This document shows positions 1 through 10,258 of a DNA stretch of 64,000 nucleotides, piece by piece. Under the pieces are notes generated by a model, which ran no database searches, was not told the origin of the DNA, and worked only from the letters and a program-made list of their open reading frames with translations. The number at the start of each line of letters is the position of its first letter. Position 1 is the stretch's first letter. The translations under genes and the position numbers were made by a program. Source of the stretch: Cycas panzhihuaensis (taxonomy: Eukaryota; Plantae; Cycadophyta); NCBI GenBank assembly GCA_023213395.1, contig CM041465.1, positions 139,197,741-139,261,740 of the forward strand. Reading direction: 5' to 3'.

Positions 1-60
1 ATGATTGGTCTCATTCTCGTGCAAATTGTTCATGGTGTGTACTTCCTTCGTTGTTTGATA

Positions 61-2112
61 TCAGTTTGTTTCTTCAAAGATCGATGACGTCTCATCACTG
101 GCAATTGTCATGTTCGAGGCATTGTCTGGAACCATCTCGATTGAACATTTTCTTTTTCCCAACATCGAAAGGACCACTTCACTTCCTCCATCGACAATGA
201 TGTTTTGCAATGTGATTCCTAGAATACTCTTATTGACTGAAGGGTCAAGGTCATATGAAGGTTTGACCTTGTTCAAATTTTACGTAGCTTCCATTTGGTG
301 AATTACTCCTCTTTTGATCCATTTAATCATATTTTCTAATGGAATAGCCAATTTTAGTTGTTTTACTAAATCCTCCATTAGTATAAGTTTTTGTAAAAAA
401 ATTTCCAATTTAGGAGTTGAGTCACATAGATTATTTTTTAAAGTTTTGTTGGATGATTGCACTTCTGTTATTTTGTTTTTCCTTTGATATACTCGTTTAA
501 TCTTTGGTTTTCTTAACAACAGAGTTTTAGTTGCTTTTTTCTTGGTAGCATCTTTTAAAGCCTTCTTGGTAGTAGCAAAGAGATTAATTTCTACCCTTGG
601 ATTAGGATAGTCATTTTTTCCTTCATTCTTATGATTTTGGAGATTAACGTTTTTTGGAGATCCTGGTATAATCATAACTCCATTTAGGGCTTTACCCTTG
701 CATTTGCACTCCTCGCTGGTGTGAGTGCTTGGACCACAATTCTTACACAAGTATGGGCATTCTTTCTGAATTTTTGCTACTGGATAGTATGACTTCCAGT
801 GTCTATATTCCAAACATATCAAGCATCTACCCAATGGAGATTTCTTCCTTGGATTCTTCAGTTGTGTCCTTGTTGTGTATATTGTATGAGTATTCGCACT
901 GTTTCTCCCTCACCCTCTCCCTCAGGCATTGGAGTCTCTGATATTTAAGTAACAATCCCACGTATTGTGTGTTCCTTGGTCACATATATGGCACCAAGCA
1001 TTTTGTTTGTGGTTTCTCGCATTACATTCACACTCCTTTGCGGTGTAAGTGTTTTCCTCACAAATATAACACCATTTCTCGATTGGGGGTTTTTTACTCT
1101 AATGTTTGTTAGAATCCTATCTGGGGTTATCTTGGTGTTCTAATTAGTCTGGCCACCTCTTTTCTTAAGGCTTCTATCTTTGTGATTTCCTCCGTATTAG
1201 TCATTTGGAATAAAGGTTTATCCAAATTATGTACCTTTAGTTCATTTATTTCCTCTTGTAATCTTACCACTAAGAGGTCAGCCATCCTCTTAGTATCTAT
1301 TTCCTTTTCAAAGTCCAAGGCCAACTCTTGTGCATGCTTGTATGATTTTAGGAGATGCGATGCCATTGCATTCCTTAGCTTAGCGTTTAGTCCATTCATA
1401 AAGAAAGTACGCATGCTTAAATCCGTGATCTTCTCATTGTTTGTCATGGCGGCAACGATCATGTCTATTCTATGAATATAGGTCATGACAAACTCCTCTG
1501 GCTTTTGTTGTATTTCTCTTAGTATTAGTTCTATAATATCATTGTTTATATATTTCAAAACTCTTATTTCAAACTCTTTTTTGATTTCACTCCATGATTT
1601 GTGTTGGTCTAGTTATTTATACCATGCTAATAGTACACATTTTAGCGAATATGCAAATCTCTCTTTAATTTCATCTTCATCTGTAATTTTTTAAAGATTA
1701 ATCAATCTTTAAAATAAGTAGATGTGTTCTGCAGCATCGGTTGAATCATCAAAATGAATTTTCCAAATTCCCTATGGTGTGCCATTGTAGACCTATTCCT
1801 CTTCTCTTCCTTTTGAGGTGGGGTTGTTGCTTTTACTTCAGGGAACTTCTTGTAGAGTCTTGTTAGTGGCGTTTCTTCCCTACTATTCTCTTTCCCGAAT
1901 AAAGGATTATGTATTGGTAATTTCAATTGGATGATCCCTAGTACTTCTGATATTTTTGCCACTACTGGAGTTATTATTATATATGATTGATCCATGCTTC
2001 CCTCTGGTGGATCTTCAAAAGGTTGTCTAATCAAATGGTTTTCCCAATATACCTGGGGACCTTCCTCCACCTTTTTCTTATTGCCACTCAGATCCTTCGG
2101 AGTAGAGTCCAA
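61..2112 (-). pseudogene. Disrupted gag-protease of the gypsy element
   Basis: ORF pieces 1702..2112, 1127..1558, 280..834 and 61..276. Knuckles WCYICEENTYTAKEC, WCHICDQGTHNTWDC, CLICLEYRHWKSY and CKNCGPSTHTSEEC; protease DGGS motif. Confidence 0.75.
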
Positions 2113-2474
2113 ACTTTGTTCTATTTTTAAGGTTATTTATTTCTTCTTCCTCTTGCTTCATATCCTTCCCTTCATTGTGATATTTCTATGGAGCAGATGC
2201 TTGTCATGGACTCCCCTCGGCCTCTATTTTCTGTTTCTTGTGGTGTCTGGGCTCCACTTGCTTCAGATCCTTCTACCGACTCATTTTGGTCTTCTTTCTT
2301 ATTGATACTTAGCTCTCCTTAACTTCCTTTCTCGAGACCATCTTAAGGCTCTCTGCATGCTTGATTTTGTTGTTTCCTAAGGTTTTGTTTATGATTGCTC
2401 TGCCTTCAAAGGCTGTTTAGGTGGCATTGGAAGGTCCCCCTAGTTGTCTAGGCTTAGTTAGAGCTCGCCATCAC

Positions 2475-3247
2475 TGTGACAACCAGGGTGACTTGTTTTT
2501 TGCACATTAATTTTTTAGCTTCTCTTCCCTTCGCTTAGTGAACTTAGGCAACGAAACCAATGTTGACTGAATGATTTGCTCCTTATTACAAGATCTTCAC
2601 TCGTCAAGGGTTTCCATTGTAGTCTAGGGTGTGTGCATGTTGTCAACATACATAGTTTTCATTTATTAAGCCACATAAGCCCACAAGTAGCTCATACACA
2701 TACATTCACCATGTATTTCTCAATAAGTACACATGCTTTTTCACATAACTCTTTTATTTTATTAGATAATATTCAATATTACATCATACAAGATCTATTC
2801 CAGTCTGACTAATCAACCCTACCAGATCAGGTACTGTTGGAATCAACTCACATCCATCCCAATGGACAGATGTGTTTAAATACACTATCTATTCCTGTCA
2901 CAGAACAATTGCATCTATAGTTGCAACCGTCTGTTCTACCGAATGGACGCCTGTTCATCCTTAATCACTTTTGTTAATCTTTAACCAATCTTTCATCCAT
3001 ACGATTGTCCACGTCTCATATTTGTTCTGCAACTGCTCCAATCTATTTGTTACGTTCCTATTGCCCAGTGTTTGTTCCTTCTCTATTTGATGCATTCCAA
3101 TTGTACAATGTTCATTCCTACAGTGGGATGGATCGCATTTCGACTGTGTTTCATCCATTTCCTGTCCTGAATGCATGTCGACTGGCTGTTTTACCAAAAT
3201 GTCCATTGATTCCTCATGCGTTCCTTTCCCTGACTGCACGGGTGTCA
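2475..3247 (-). repeat. 5' LTR (~770 bp) of the gypsy element
   Basis: The minus strand begins TGACACCCG (3247) and ends GTTGTCACA (2475), giving short inverted termini. It is followed by GTGA-TGGCGAGCTC (PBS-like). The partner LTR is not in the window. Confidence 0.65.
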
Positions 3248-4325
3248 AATATAACCGCAACAAAGCCACAAGTTAATTTGACAGAATTGCACTATTCTAT
3301 CATCTAAAATGAATGTCTTGAGTTGAAATCTCTCAAAACATTCAATGAATTTTTTGACTGATAAATCATCTTGAAACTAATGTGATAGCTGAATTTTATA
3401 TAGAGTAGCATTAGATCCTTCTACTCACTGGCATATGACATTGACAATGTCATCCCAAATAATGTAATTAGGACTTAAATACTATTTTTGTGCTTATGTG
3501 AAGATAGGTCCTTCTAAGTGGTTAATTATCACAAGGTATATTAATGCTAGATATGTATTATGTGCACACTTCTTAATCTAAAGCTTGTATATGTTTCTCC
3601 ATTGCATCGATTATGTAGTATAGAGATATATGTTGATATATTCCATGGATATATTTGACTTACAAAAGTTACAATATATATAAATGCCTCTTGTTGAATA
3701 TATTTGATCTAGGAGTGTATATCCAAAAATATGTGCTGACTTATATAGCACACTAACGAAAATATACCTTCACATATATTTATATGCCTATGCACACGAG
3801 TCTAGCTTAGACTGATGTTTGCACACAACAAATGAGTCAACTTACTGAAGCTATTATTAATATGAAGACGATGGTGACAATGATGGGTCCAAGACCTTAG
3901 CTATGCCCCCAAAATTGTCCACAAAAATCTATAATGTATGGATATTGCCAACCTTAATGGAAAATAATTAACGAAATTATATCCTTCTTATAATATTTTT
4001 GATTTATTCAATTCAATGGCCAATTGAACAAATAAACAATTTATCCGCTTATTTTTAGGTACAACCCTTGGAAGCGACTATCTTAAGCAAACCATTTGTA
4101 ATAGCCAATAGAAGTGATGAAAGAATGCATACAAAGATGAAGAACACATATCTATAGTCATGGTGCAGAGGTAATTCTAGTGATGGAAAGGTCTTCCGAA
4201 GAAAATGAAGATGTTGTGAATCTAAAAACGAAGAGAAATAAGAGACCCATGTAGATTGCCCTAAAAGAACTAATAGGGTGGTGGAAAAGGTAGTATGTGA
4301 GATCCGATTGTTCTTGAGGATCACT

Positions 4326-4900
4326 TGGTTCTGATACCACTTGTAGTGGATCTGGAGTCCACTACCAAATATAAGTAAATTTGATAAACAATTCTTCAAA
4401 AAATATATTTATATTGAATTGAATTAAGATGTGATGTCTTTACAAGATTTTGGGGGCATATAAATATATAATGAAGCGCCCTTACAAAGAGTCACATCCC
4501 ATCTCCTCTTTTTGATCATCTACTAATGACACAAGTCTCTCTAATGTGTAACAGTCTAACAATACTCTTGATTTTGGTTTTTGATTCACCAATGCATGAA
4601 TAATAAATTCTTCTAGCTCACATATCGTGAATTTTGCTTGGTGTTTAACAATAAATTGTTGTATATAATATTCAACAAGTGAATGCTTATCACCTCTTCC
4701 AAACATCTGTCTACATTCACTTTCAATCATTAGTTGTTGGTACCAACTGTGATAGGATAAATCTTAGAGCCATGAATTTTGCTTGGTACTTAACAACAGT
4801 TTCTTTACACAATATTCAACAAGGAATGCTCATCACCTCTTCCAAACATCCATCTACATTCACTCCCAATCATTAGTTGTTAGCACCAACTGTGAAAGAC
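4326..4900 (-). mobile_element. Degenerate LTR end plus tRNA-Met PBS (LTR-element remnant)
   Basis: The minus strand reads ...CTACA-AG-TGGTATCAGAACC at 4346..4327. The far boundary of the LTR is uncertain. Confidence 0.45.
4628..4895. repeat. Diverged tandem duplication, ~145-bp period
   Basis: TGAATTTTGCTTGG...TCACCTCTTCCAAACATC...CCAACTGTGA occurs at 4628..4752 and 4773..4895. Confidence 0.9.
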
Positions 4901-6022
4901 AAACTTTTGTGCAATTCTAGACCAACAAGAGTACCAAATGTTGTTGAGTATGAGTTCTCAGGACTAGATCTAGGAGAATAATGGGAGGAAAATGGGAACT
5001 TGATCATGTTTGTACCTTGAAACATGTATATCACAATCATAACAAAACACCATCACAATATAAGCAAAGTAGTGGTAGACAAAAAGACTAGAACGAGAAA
5101 GTGGACATAAAGAGCAGGAGCCCATCCAATACAGCTATTAATATTTGTCTTTTTGCATTTAACAATTAACATGAATCGTTTCCAGCTTCTCCAAATACTA
5201 CAGCAAAAAATTCTAGGCTAACGGCCTCATTGTGTTCCGAATAGGATTTACTTTTACTACCAAACACAGGCTCATTCAAGGCACAAGAGCAAGTCCATTG
5301 ACTCTTGGCAACAACCATCGAAACCGGCTCACTTTAATTACTACCCCCCATCCTCAGCTTCAAATTCAACAAATTCTCAGAAACCTCCAAATCTGGCTAA
5401 ACCGCAGACAGCCTTGGAAATGTTTCTCACAAAATCATCCAATTGAAATAGGAAATGTGATTGAACAGGTTCATAGTTTGGGCCAAAAAGGTACCCGGGA
5501 TACCATCCCTAAGAACCACACCTCCACAAAGCTTGATTTATGGTGTGCACTAACTTTTCTTTGGCAGTTCCATCAAAGCAAGACACATGCGGTTCCAAAC
5601 AAGAATGGCTCCATTTGCAATACTTTGGTGAAGGTGCAGAAAAGAAAACCCGAGAAGATGGATTAAGCATGATTTCCTTACCAAGCAAAAGATCCGCTGA
5701 AGAATTTCATGTGACAAATTTAGTTTGATAGGTAGCTGAGAAGGCTTATTGCTATATTCACACTAAAGAAAGGGAGATATCTTGGCACATTAATTCAAGT
5801 ACCGCACAGGTAATCTACAGAGAATTTGTCAAAAAATTGAATAAATTAAAGTTATGGTGTAAGAGAGAAGAGTTATGGTGGCAACTAAATTTAAAAGACA
5901 ATGATGTGATCAGAAAAATCAAAATTCCATCCACATTAAGGCACCAGAAATAGCAGCAGAGTTTTTTATATCTCTAGCATCCGGTTCTGTTCATTTCATT
6001 ACACATGATCACGATTGGCTTA

Positions 6023-7447
6023 CTAGAGTCCTCTAAGCATTTGTATAGTTGATGATAGTTCCAGCACCGAAACAGGATCTGGTTCTTTCTTTTTAGGGCA
6101 CAGAGATCTGATGGGTGAACCGTGCAAGCTACCAACACCAAGGCTTCGTCCTCCTGTTGATTTTCCTTCCCTATGAGTCTGGCACAGGGATGGAAATCTG
6201 GATCCAGAAGCTGCTGATTTTAGAGGTCCCACTGAATTTTTGTCTTGCTCCACGTTTTGGGTTAGGCTAAACAGGGAAGTTCCTGGAATGCATTCCAGTG
6301 CCAATATGTTTGTTGTCTTTAGAAAAGTTTTGGCTTTCTGTGCCACGTTGCAGGTCTTGGTTGATGATTTTGTGTGTGGTGTAGGGAGTGGAGATTCCAC
6401 TGAGATGCACTGCCCAACATGTTCAGGCACTGACGGATAGTACTGTCTAGTCCAAAGGAAAGGTTCGTTCCTTTGCTCCCATGGGACAATGCTGGAGCTC
6501 TTCTCTGCTGCCTGCTTAGTGTGCTGCCTGCTAGAAAGAAAACGACTTACATATCCTGGTTTGCTGGGCTGGTGCTTCCTGTAATGGGACTCGCGTAGTT
6601 TCAAGGACAAGGGCGTTGATACTCTGCCACTGGAAAAGGGGAAAATCCCAGTGTTGCGAATTTCCAGCTTTCCATTTGTACCAGAATCAGAAATTAAAAA
6701 GGCAACATCATTACCAATTCCTGCAATTTCTGCCTTGTTATCTGGCCCATATTTGTTTTCGAAAGTCCGAATGCTTGTGGACGAGCGAAAGGATTCATGA
6801 TCATTAGGATAAGTCTGACTCATATCATCAGCTGTGTCTCCCTTTGAAATAATTGTAGTGTCAGTAGAATTGGAATCTGGTCTGATTTCTTGATGCTCCT
6901 CCGTTGCAGAAAGAGATTTCGGCTGTGACAAAGCTGCAACTTTAGCTGTTTCTTGAGCTTTCCTTCTCATATCTGCTTTTAGCCTCATTTTCCTTTGTTC
7001 TGCAGCCTCTTTTTCCATTTCCTCCTTTTTCTTTTCCTCCTGTGTTTTTGCAATTGCTTTTCTTACTTTCATGTCAAATGATTGCTTAAATACTTCATGT
7101 GATCCATCTAAGAAAGTATCATAGAGTTTCTGCAGATTTTCATCCTCGGCTGGATATAAACGGTCATAGTTCCCCATGTTTGCAATCTCGTATTCTTCCT
7201 GCTCCTGCATCATCTTGAGACTGTCTTGCTTTAAGTCGTTTGATTCAATATTTGAACCTTCTGGGTTGTGAATTTCTACAGATTTGGGACCATACAGCCT
7301 CATTTTTGCACCTCTCTTGTCTTGCAACTTAAACCTGGAGACTTCGAGGGGGTCAACGTGAATCAAGCGCAGTGTATCACTAATCAAAGCTTCCTTCACC
7401 TTGAAGTCCAGGGGAGTCTCAATTGAGAAAGATGGTGAATGATTAAC
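6023..7447 (-). CDS. TTLL6: TTLL6-like exon 6 (end of the catalytic core, cationic MT-binding region, long low-complexity tail)
   Basis: Acceptor CATAG; VNHSPSFSIETPLDFKVKEALI...KMRLYG...EEYEIANMGNYDRLYP; open to TAG at 6023. Hidden introns in the tail cannot be excluded. Confidence 0.82.
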   Translation of the reverse strand, partial: VNHSPSFSIETPLDFKVKEALISDTLRLIHVDPLEVSRFKLQDKRGAKMRLYGPKSVEIHNPEGSNIESNDLKQDSLKMMQEQEEYEIANMGNYDRLYPAEDENLQKLYDTFLDGSHEVFKQSFDMKVRKAIAKTQEEKKKEEMEKEAAEQRKMRLKADMRRKAQETAKVAALSQPKSLSATEEHQEIRPDSNSTDTTIISKGDTADDMSQTYPNDHESFRSSTSIRTFENKYGPDNKAEIAGIGNDVAFLISDSGTNGKLEIRNTGIFPFSSGRVSTPLSLKLRESHYRKHQPSKPGYVSRFLSSRQHTKQAAEKSSSIVPWEQRNEPFLWTRQYYPSVPEHVGQCISVESPLPTPHTKSSTKTCNVAQKAKTFLKTTNILALECIPGTSLFSLTQNVEQDKNSVGPLKSAASGSRFPSLCQTHREGKSTGGRSLGVGSLHGSPIRSLCPKKKEPDPVSVLELSSTIQMLRGL

Positions 7448-9987
7448 CTATGTAAAAAAGTAGAAATCATTAAGCAGAACTGTTGGTAGATCATATTTAT
7501 TTCTTCTATAATGTAGTATTCAGTCTATGCAACCTGATCTGCTGCTAAGACAAATCATCCATGCAAGAAAGGCAGCAAGGACAAGCTATGAGAAAACTCA
7601 CTTCCAGAAGCCATGGTCTGCATTTGTCATCTAGCAGAACATCCATCCCTAGAAGCTCAAAGCAGGTCCTTCCAGTATCATCCTCATTCAAGCAAGTCTT
7701 AGAATTGTAAATCAATAGTGGAACAATGGATAGTATTGTCATTACAACCATCTTCTTGATTTGCTTTTTCAACTTTGCAGTGTCATAACCATGAGATGCC
7801 AATGCTTTATAGAGGGAGCTAAGTGTCCATTTACTTCCACTACCAGTATCTGAAGTGCTTGAGCTCACTTCAAATTTAGAATTAAACTTGTTCACTGCAT
7901 AATTTGTCAAGTGCATACAGTTTACTTTCAGATTACCCCTCTCAGGTTTCATGTATTTCTCTGTACAAAACCTTGCAAGCCCTTCCCTGTGTGCCATAAA
8001 ATCATTTATAACGATTTTCATTTGCTGATGTCATGTAAACAGGACTGCTAAGCTTTATTCTTTTTAACCTTATGTTGTAGGCAAAACTTGATTACAAAAT
8101 ACTAGGTACTAGGAACTGATAAATGATAGACTCAATTTCAAATACTAACTTAGGCCAAGTTCAACAAACCATCTTTACTGAAGCTCTGAATAGCTATGCC
8201 ATATCGTGGGAATGGTACATATGTAGTGAATGATATTAAGAACCGAAGTTTCAATAAAAAGAGAAATATTTTCATGTCTCTTTGCTTTGAAAAGCTCCAG
8301 AAATTGTGTAAAATGATAAACAGTAGTTTATGGTATGGAACCAACTTAAATGAAAAGGTGTTAGGAAAGTTTAGATGTAAACCTGTAAAGGAAAAGGCGA
8401 AGAGGATCACAGGACAGCACAAGTGCATAGATTCTTAAATCAAATTTGTATCCATTAAGGAGCAGTGGATTTGTCAAGTATTTCTGTGCCAGCAAATTTG
8501 CTCCCCCGATACCTCCAAGTGCTTGTTTTAAATCAGAAACATTCTGCACCAGCACCACTCCACGGCCCTGCATTCAAACACAAACCCACAAATTTCCAGT
8601 TAGAAAAATGTTTATTGGGATAAACAAAACTACAGATTCTAGGATTTATTTTCTGTTTTTCAAGTTGAACAAGATGAGATGAGAAAAAGTTACATCATGC
8701 ACAACAAAAAATAGAAGAGATTGTGTGATCGCCTCAATCCCTTTAGATGATATAAAAAGATACATACCACTATTACAGCTGGAATTGGAGTGAAGAAAAT
8801 GTTGGCCCAACTGTAATTAGTGTTGACAGTTTTACTTGCAACAGTTAACAAGAGCATAATTGTTTAAACACACATATAACAAGGATTTACACAGGTGTGT
8901 GACCAGGTGAGCACGTGTGTATCTGTATGTCAGCACTACATGCTCCAAGAATTTTTTCTAATAAATGCTGTTGATTACAGAGCATGCTACAATGATCAAG
9001 TTTAACTGACAGGGTATAAGTTCAAGATGAAGGCCTCCTTGGAATGCTTCAATTTCAAAATAATGACTGAACGAAACAAACAAGCTATGGGATTAAGAAT
9101 TCACAGATCATCACTTATTCTGTTTTTTAATTTATTGCTTTGATATCAAGTACCAAAAGTTCAATGTAATATTATGTATTGCAATAAACCTTAAAAAAAA
9201 CTGTTTACCTCTGAAGGAGTTTTACCTGGCATCCACTGTCTGGCTTGAGAATGTATGTCCTTAACCTTTGAGGATTGCTAAGGCGTGGAACCAGCTCTGG
9301 AATTTGATTGGGTAGCACGAAAGCCCGAGGAAAGAACTTATACTCTGCTGGAAACATCCTGGACAAAACCTGGGCAGAAAGAATGTCATGTGAACGAATT
9401 CAAGCCAAGACCTATTCAACTAGAGAATGAAAGCACTTAGATTATCCACATTTCAACCTCCTATCCTATTTACTGTGAACACATCGGAGATGGTATCCAC
9501 ATTTCAAGCCCCCAAATTCATTGCTATAGCTTCTAAGAAGGTTTGACAGAAAGAAAATGTACTTTCGCATGTTGGTGAGGTGCCTCGCAAGAGATTTCTT
9601 GCGACATATTTGAAGCATGCCAAAGAAGTGGTTAATCTTTTGGCCTCGTTTCAATGTCAACAATCTGTCAGGACCTATGGAGGAATCTGCATTCCACCCC
9701 GTGAAAGATTTGAATTCTGATTTTATAGATTGATAGATGGATAAATTGAACAATTGATCGATTGAATTAAACAATATGAAGTTAGAGGTAACTGGCATAC
9801 CGGTCCAGCAAACGTGCCATGACTTGTCCTCTGGTGTAGCTTCTTCCCATCCCAATTTCCGAATGGCAACCCGCAGGATCTCATATTTGCAACAAGATAA
9901 ATCCACCCTCACCTCTCCCAATCTCTTCTTTTTCTTCTTCCTGTTGGCATCCCCGTCATTGACGTCTTCTCCCTCCATAGCCGACAT
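6023..9987 (-). CDS. TTLL6: Tubulin polyglutamylase, TTLL6/TTLL13-like; six exons, ~812 aa
   Basis: Manual GT-AG splicing of 9987-9801, 9686-9563, 9358-9226, 8567-8383, 7986-7602 and 7447-6023 gives 2439 nt, all in frame. It rebuilds TTL-family motifs across the junctions: WTD, QKINHF.GM..ICRK, MFP.EY.FFPR, TYILKPDSGCQGRG, QKY..NPLL..GYKFDLRIY.LV.SCDPLR, EGLARFCTEKY, MHLTNYAVNK, CFELLGMDVLLD, PWLLEVNHSPSF. The start codon (9987 or 9978) is inferred. Confidence 0.92.
7602..7986 (-). CDS. TTLL6: TTLL6-like exon 5
   Basis: Acceptor CACAG; EGLARFCTEKY...HLTNYAVNK...CFELLGMDVLLDDKCRPWLLE; donor GTGAGT. Confidence 0.9.
8383..8567 (-). CDS. TTLL6: TTLL6-like exon 4
   Basis: Acceptor TGCAG; GRGVVLV...KFDLRIYALVLSCDPLRLFLY(R); donor GTTTAC. 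Confidence 0.9.
9226..9358 (-). CDS. TTLL6: TTLL6-like exon 3 (absent from the ORF track)
   Basis: Acceptor TCCAG; MFPAEYKFFPRAFVLPNQIPELVPRLSNPQRLRTYILKPDSGCQ; donor GTAAAA. Confidence 0.9.
9563..9686 (-). CDS. TTLL6: TTLL6-like exon 2
   Basis: Acceptor TGCAG; (D)SSIGPDRLL...QKINHFFGMLQICRKKSLARHLTNMR(K); donor GTACAT. Confidence 0.88.
9801..9987 (-). CDS. TTLL6: TTLL6-like exon 1
   Basis: MSAMEGED...KKKKKRL...DLSCCKYEILR...WHVCWT; donor GTATGC at 9800. Confidence 0.8.
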
Positions 9988-10232
9988 GAACGGACCTATT
10001 CTATCCGTCCGGGATGCCCTGCAACCCTGCCTTTTTCTCTGCTCCCAAACAGCAGCATGTAACCGGCTGAAGGGAGCCGAGATCAAGGAGGAGAGGGCAG
10101 ATGAGAATGGGTCTAACCTCCTCCTACTTCGACGAAAATTCTATCTGCCGCCTGGTTTTCCATCGGAGAAGGATGACAAGGAGGGGGGTTCTTTTGAAAA
10201 GTCGTTGGTGTTCACGACAGTGTGAAAAAGAT

Positions 10233-10258
10233 GACGGTTGACATTCATAAAAACGGTT
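10233..10258 (+). promoter_or_regulatory. Two RRCSGTT MYB (DUO1-type / AACGG-core) motifs upstream of the TTLL gene
   Basis: GACGGTT at 10233..10239 and AACGGTT at 10252..10258, about 250 bp upstream of the inferred ATG, in CpG-retaining sequence. Function is inferred only. Confidence 0.4.

Larger units (their letters stand above)
1..3247 (-). mobile_element. Ty3/gypsy LTR retrotransposon (non-chromovirus, Tat/Athila-like), 5' part; continues off the left edge
   Basis: On the minus strand: LTR, then a TGGCG-type PBS, then interrupted gag (1127..1558 'IQQK..E.V..Y..R...FMNGL'), several CCHC knuckles, and an aspartic-protease motif 'IIVDGGSEV' (61..276). Confidence 0.8.

Noticed and set aside
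5232-5728. Plus-strand ORFs of 144 and 62 aa downstream of TTLL
   Set aside because: No recognisable domain or splice structure; probably 3' UTR or flank.
10060-10080. miR319/159-like site (GCTCCCTTCAG) in the TTLL leader
   Set aside because: Only an 11-nt core matches; mismatches or a bulge in the miRNA 5' region make canonical plant targeting unlikely.
9776-10225. 149-aa plus-strand ORF
   Set aside because: Antisense shadow of GC-rich TTLL exon 1 and leader.
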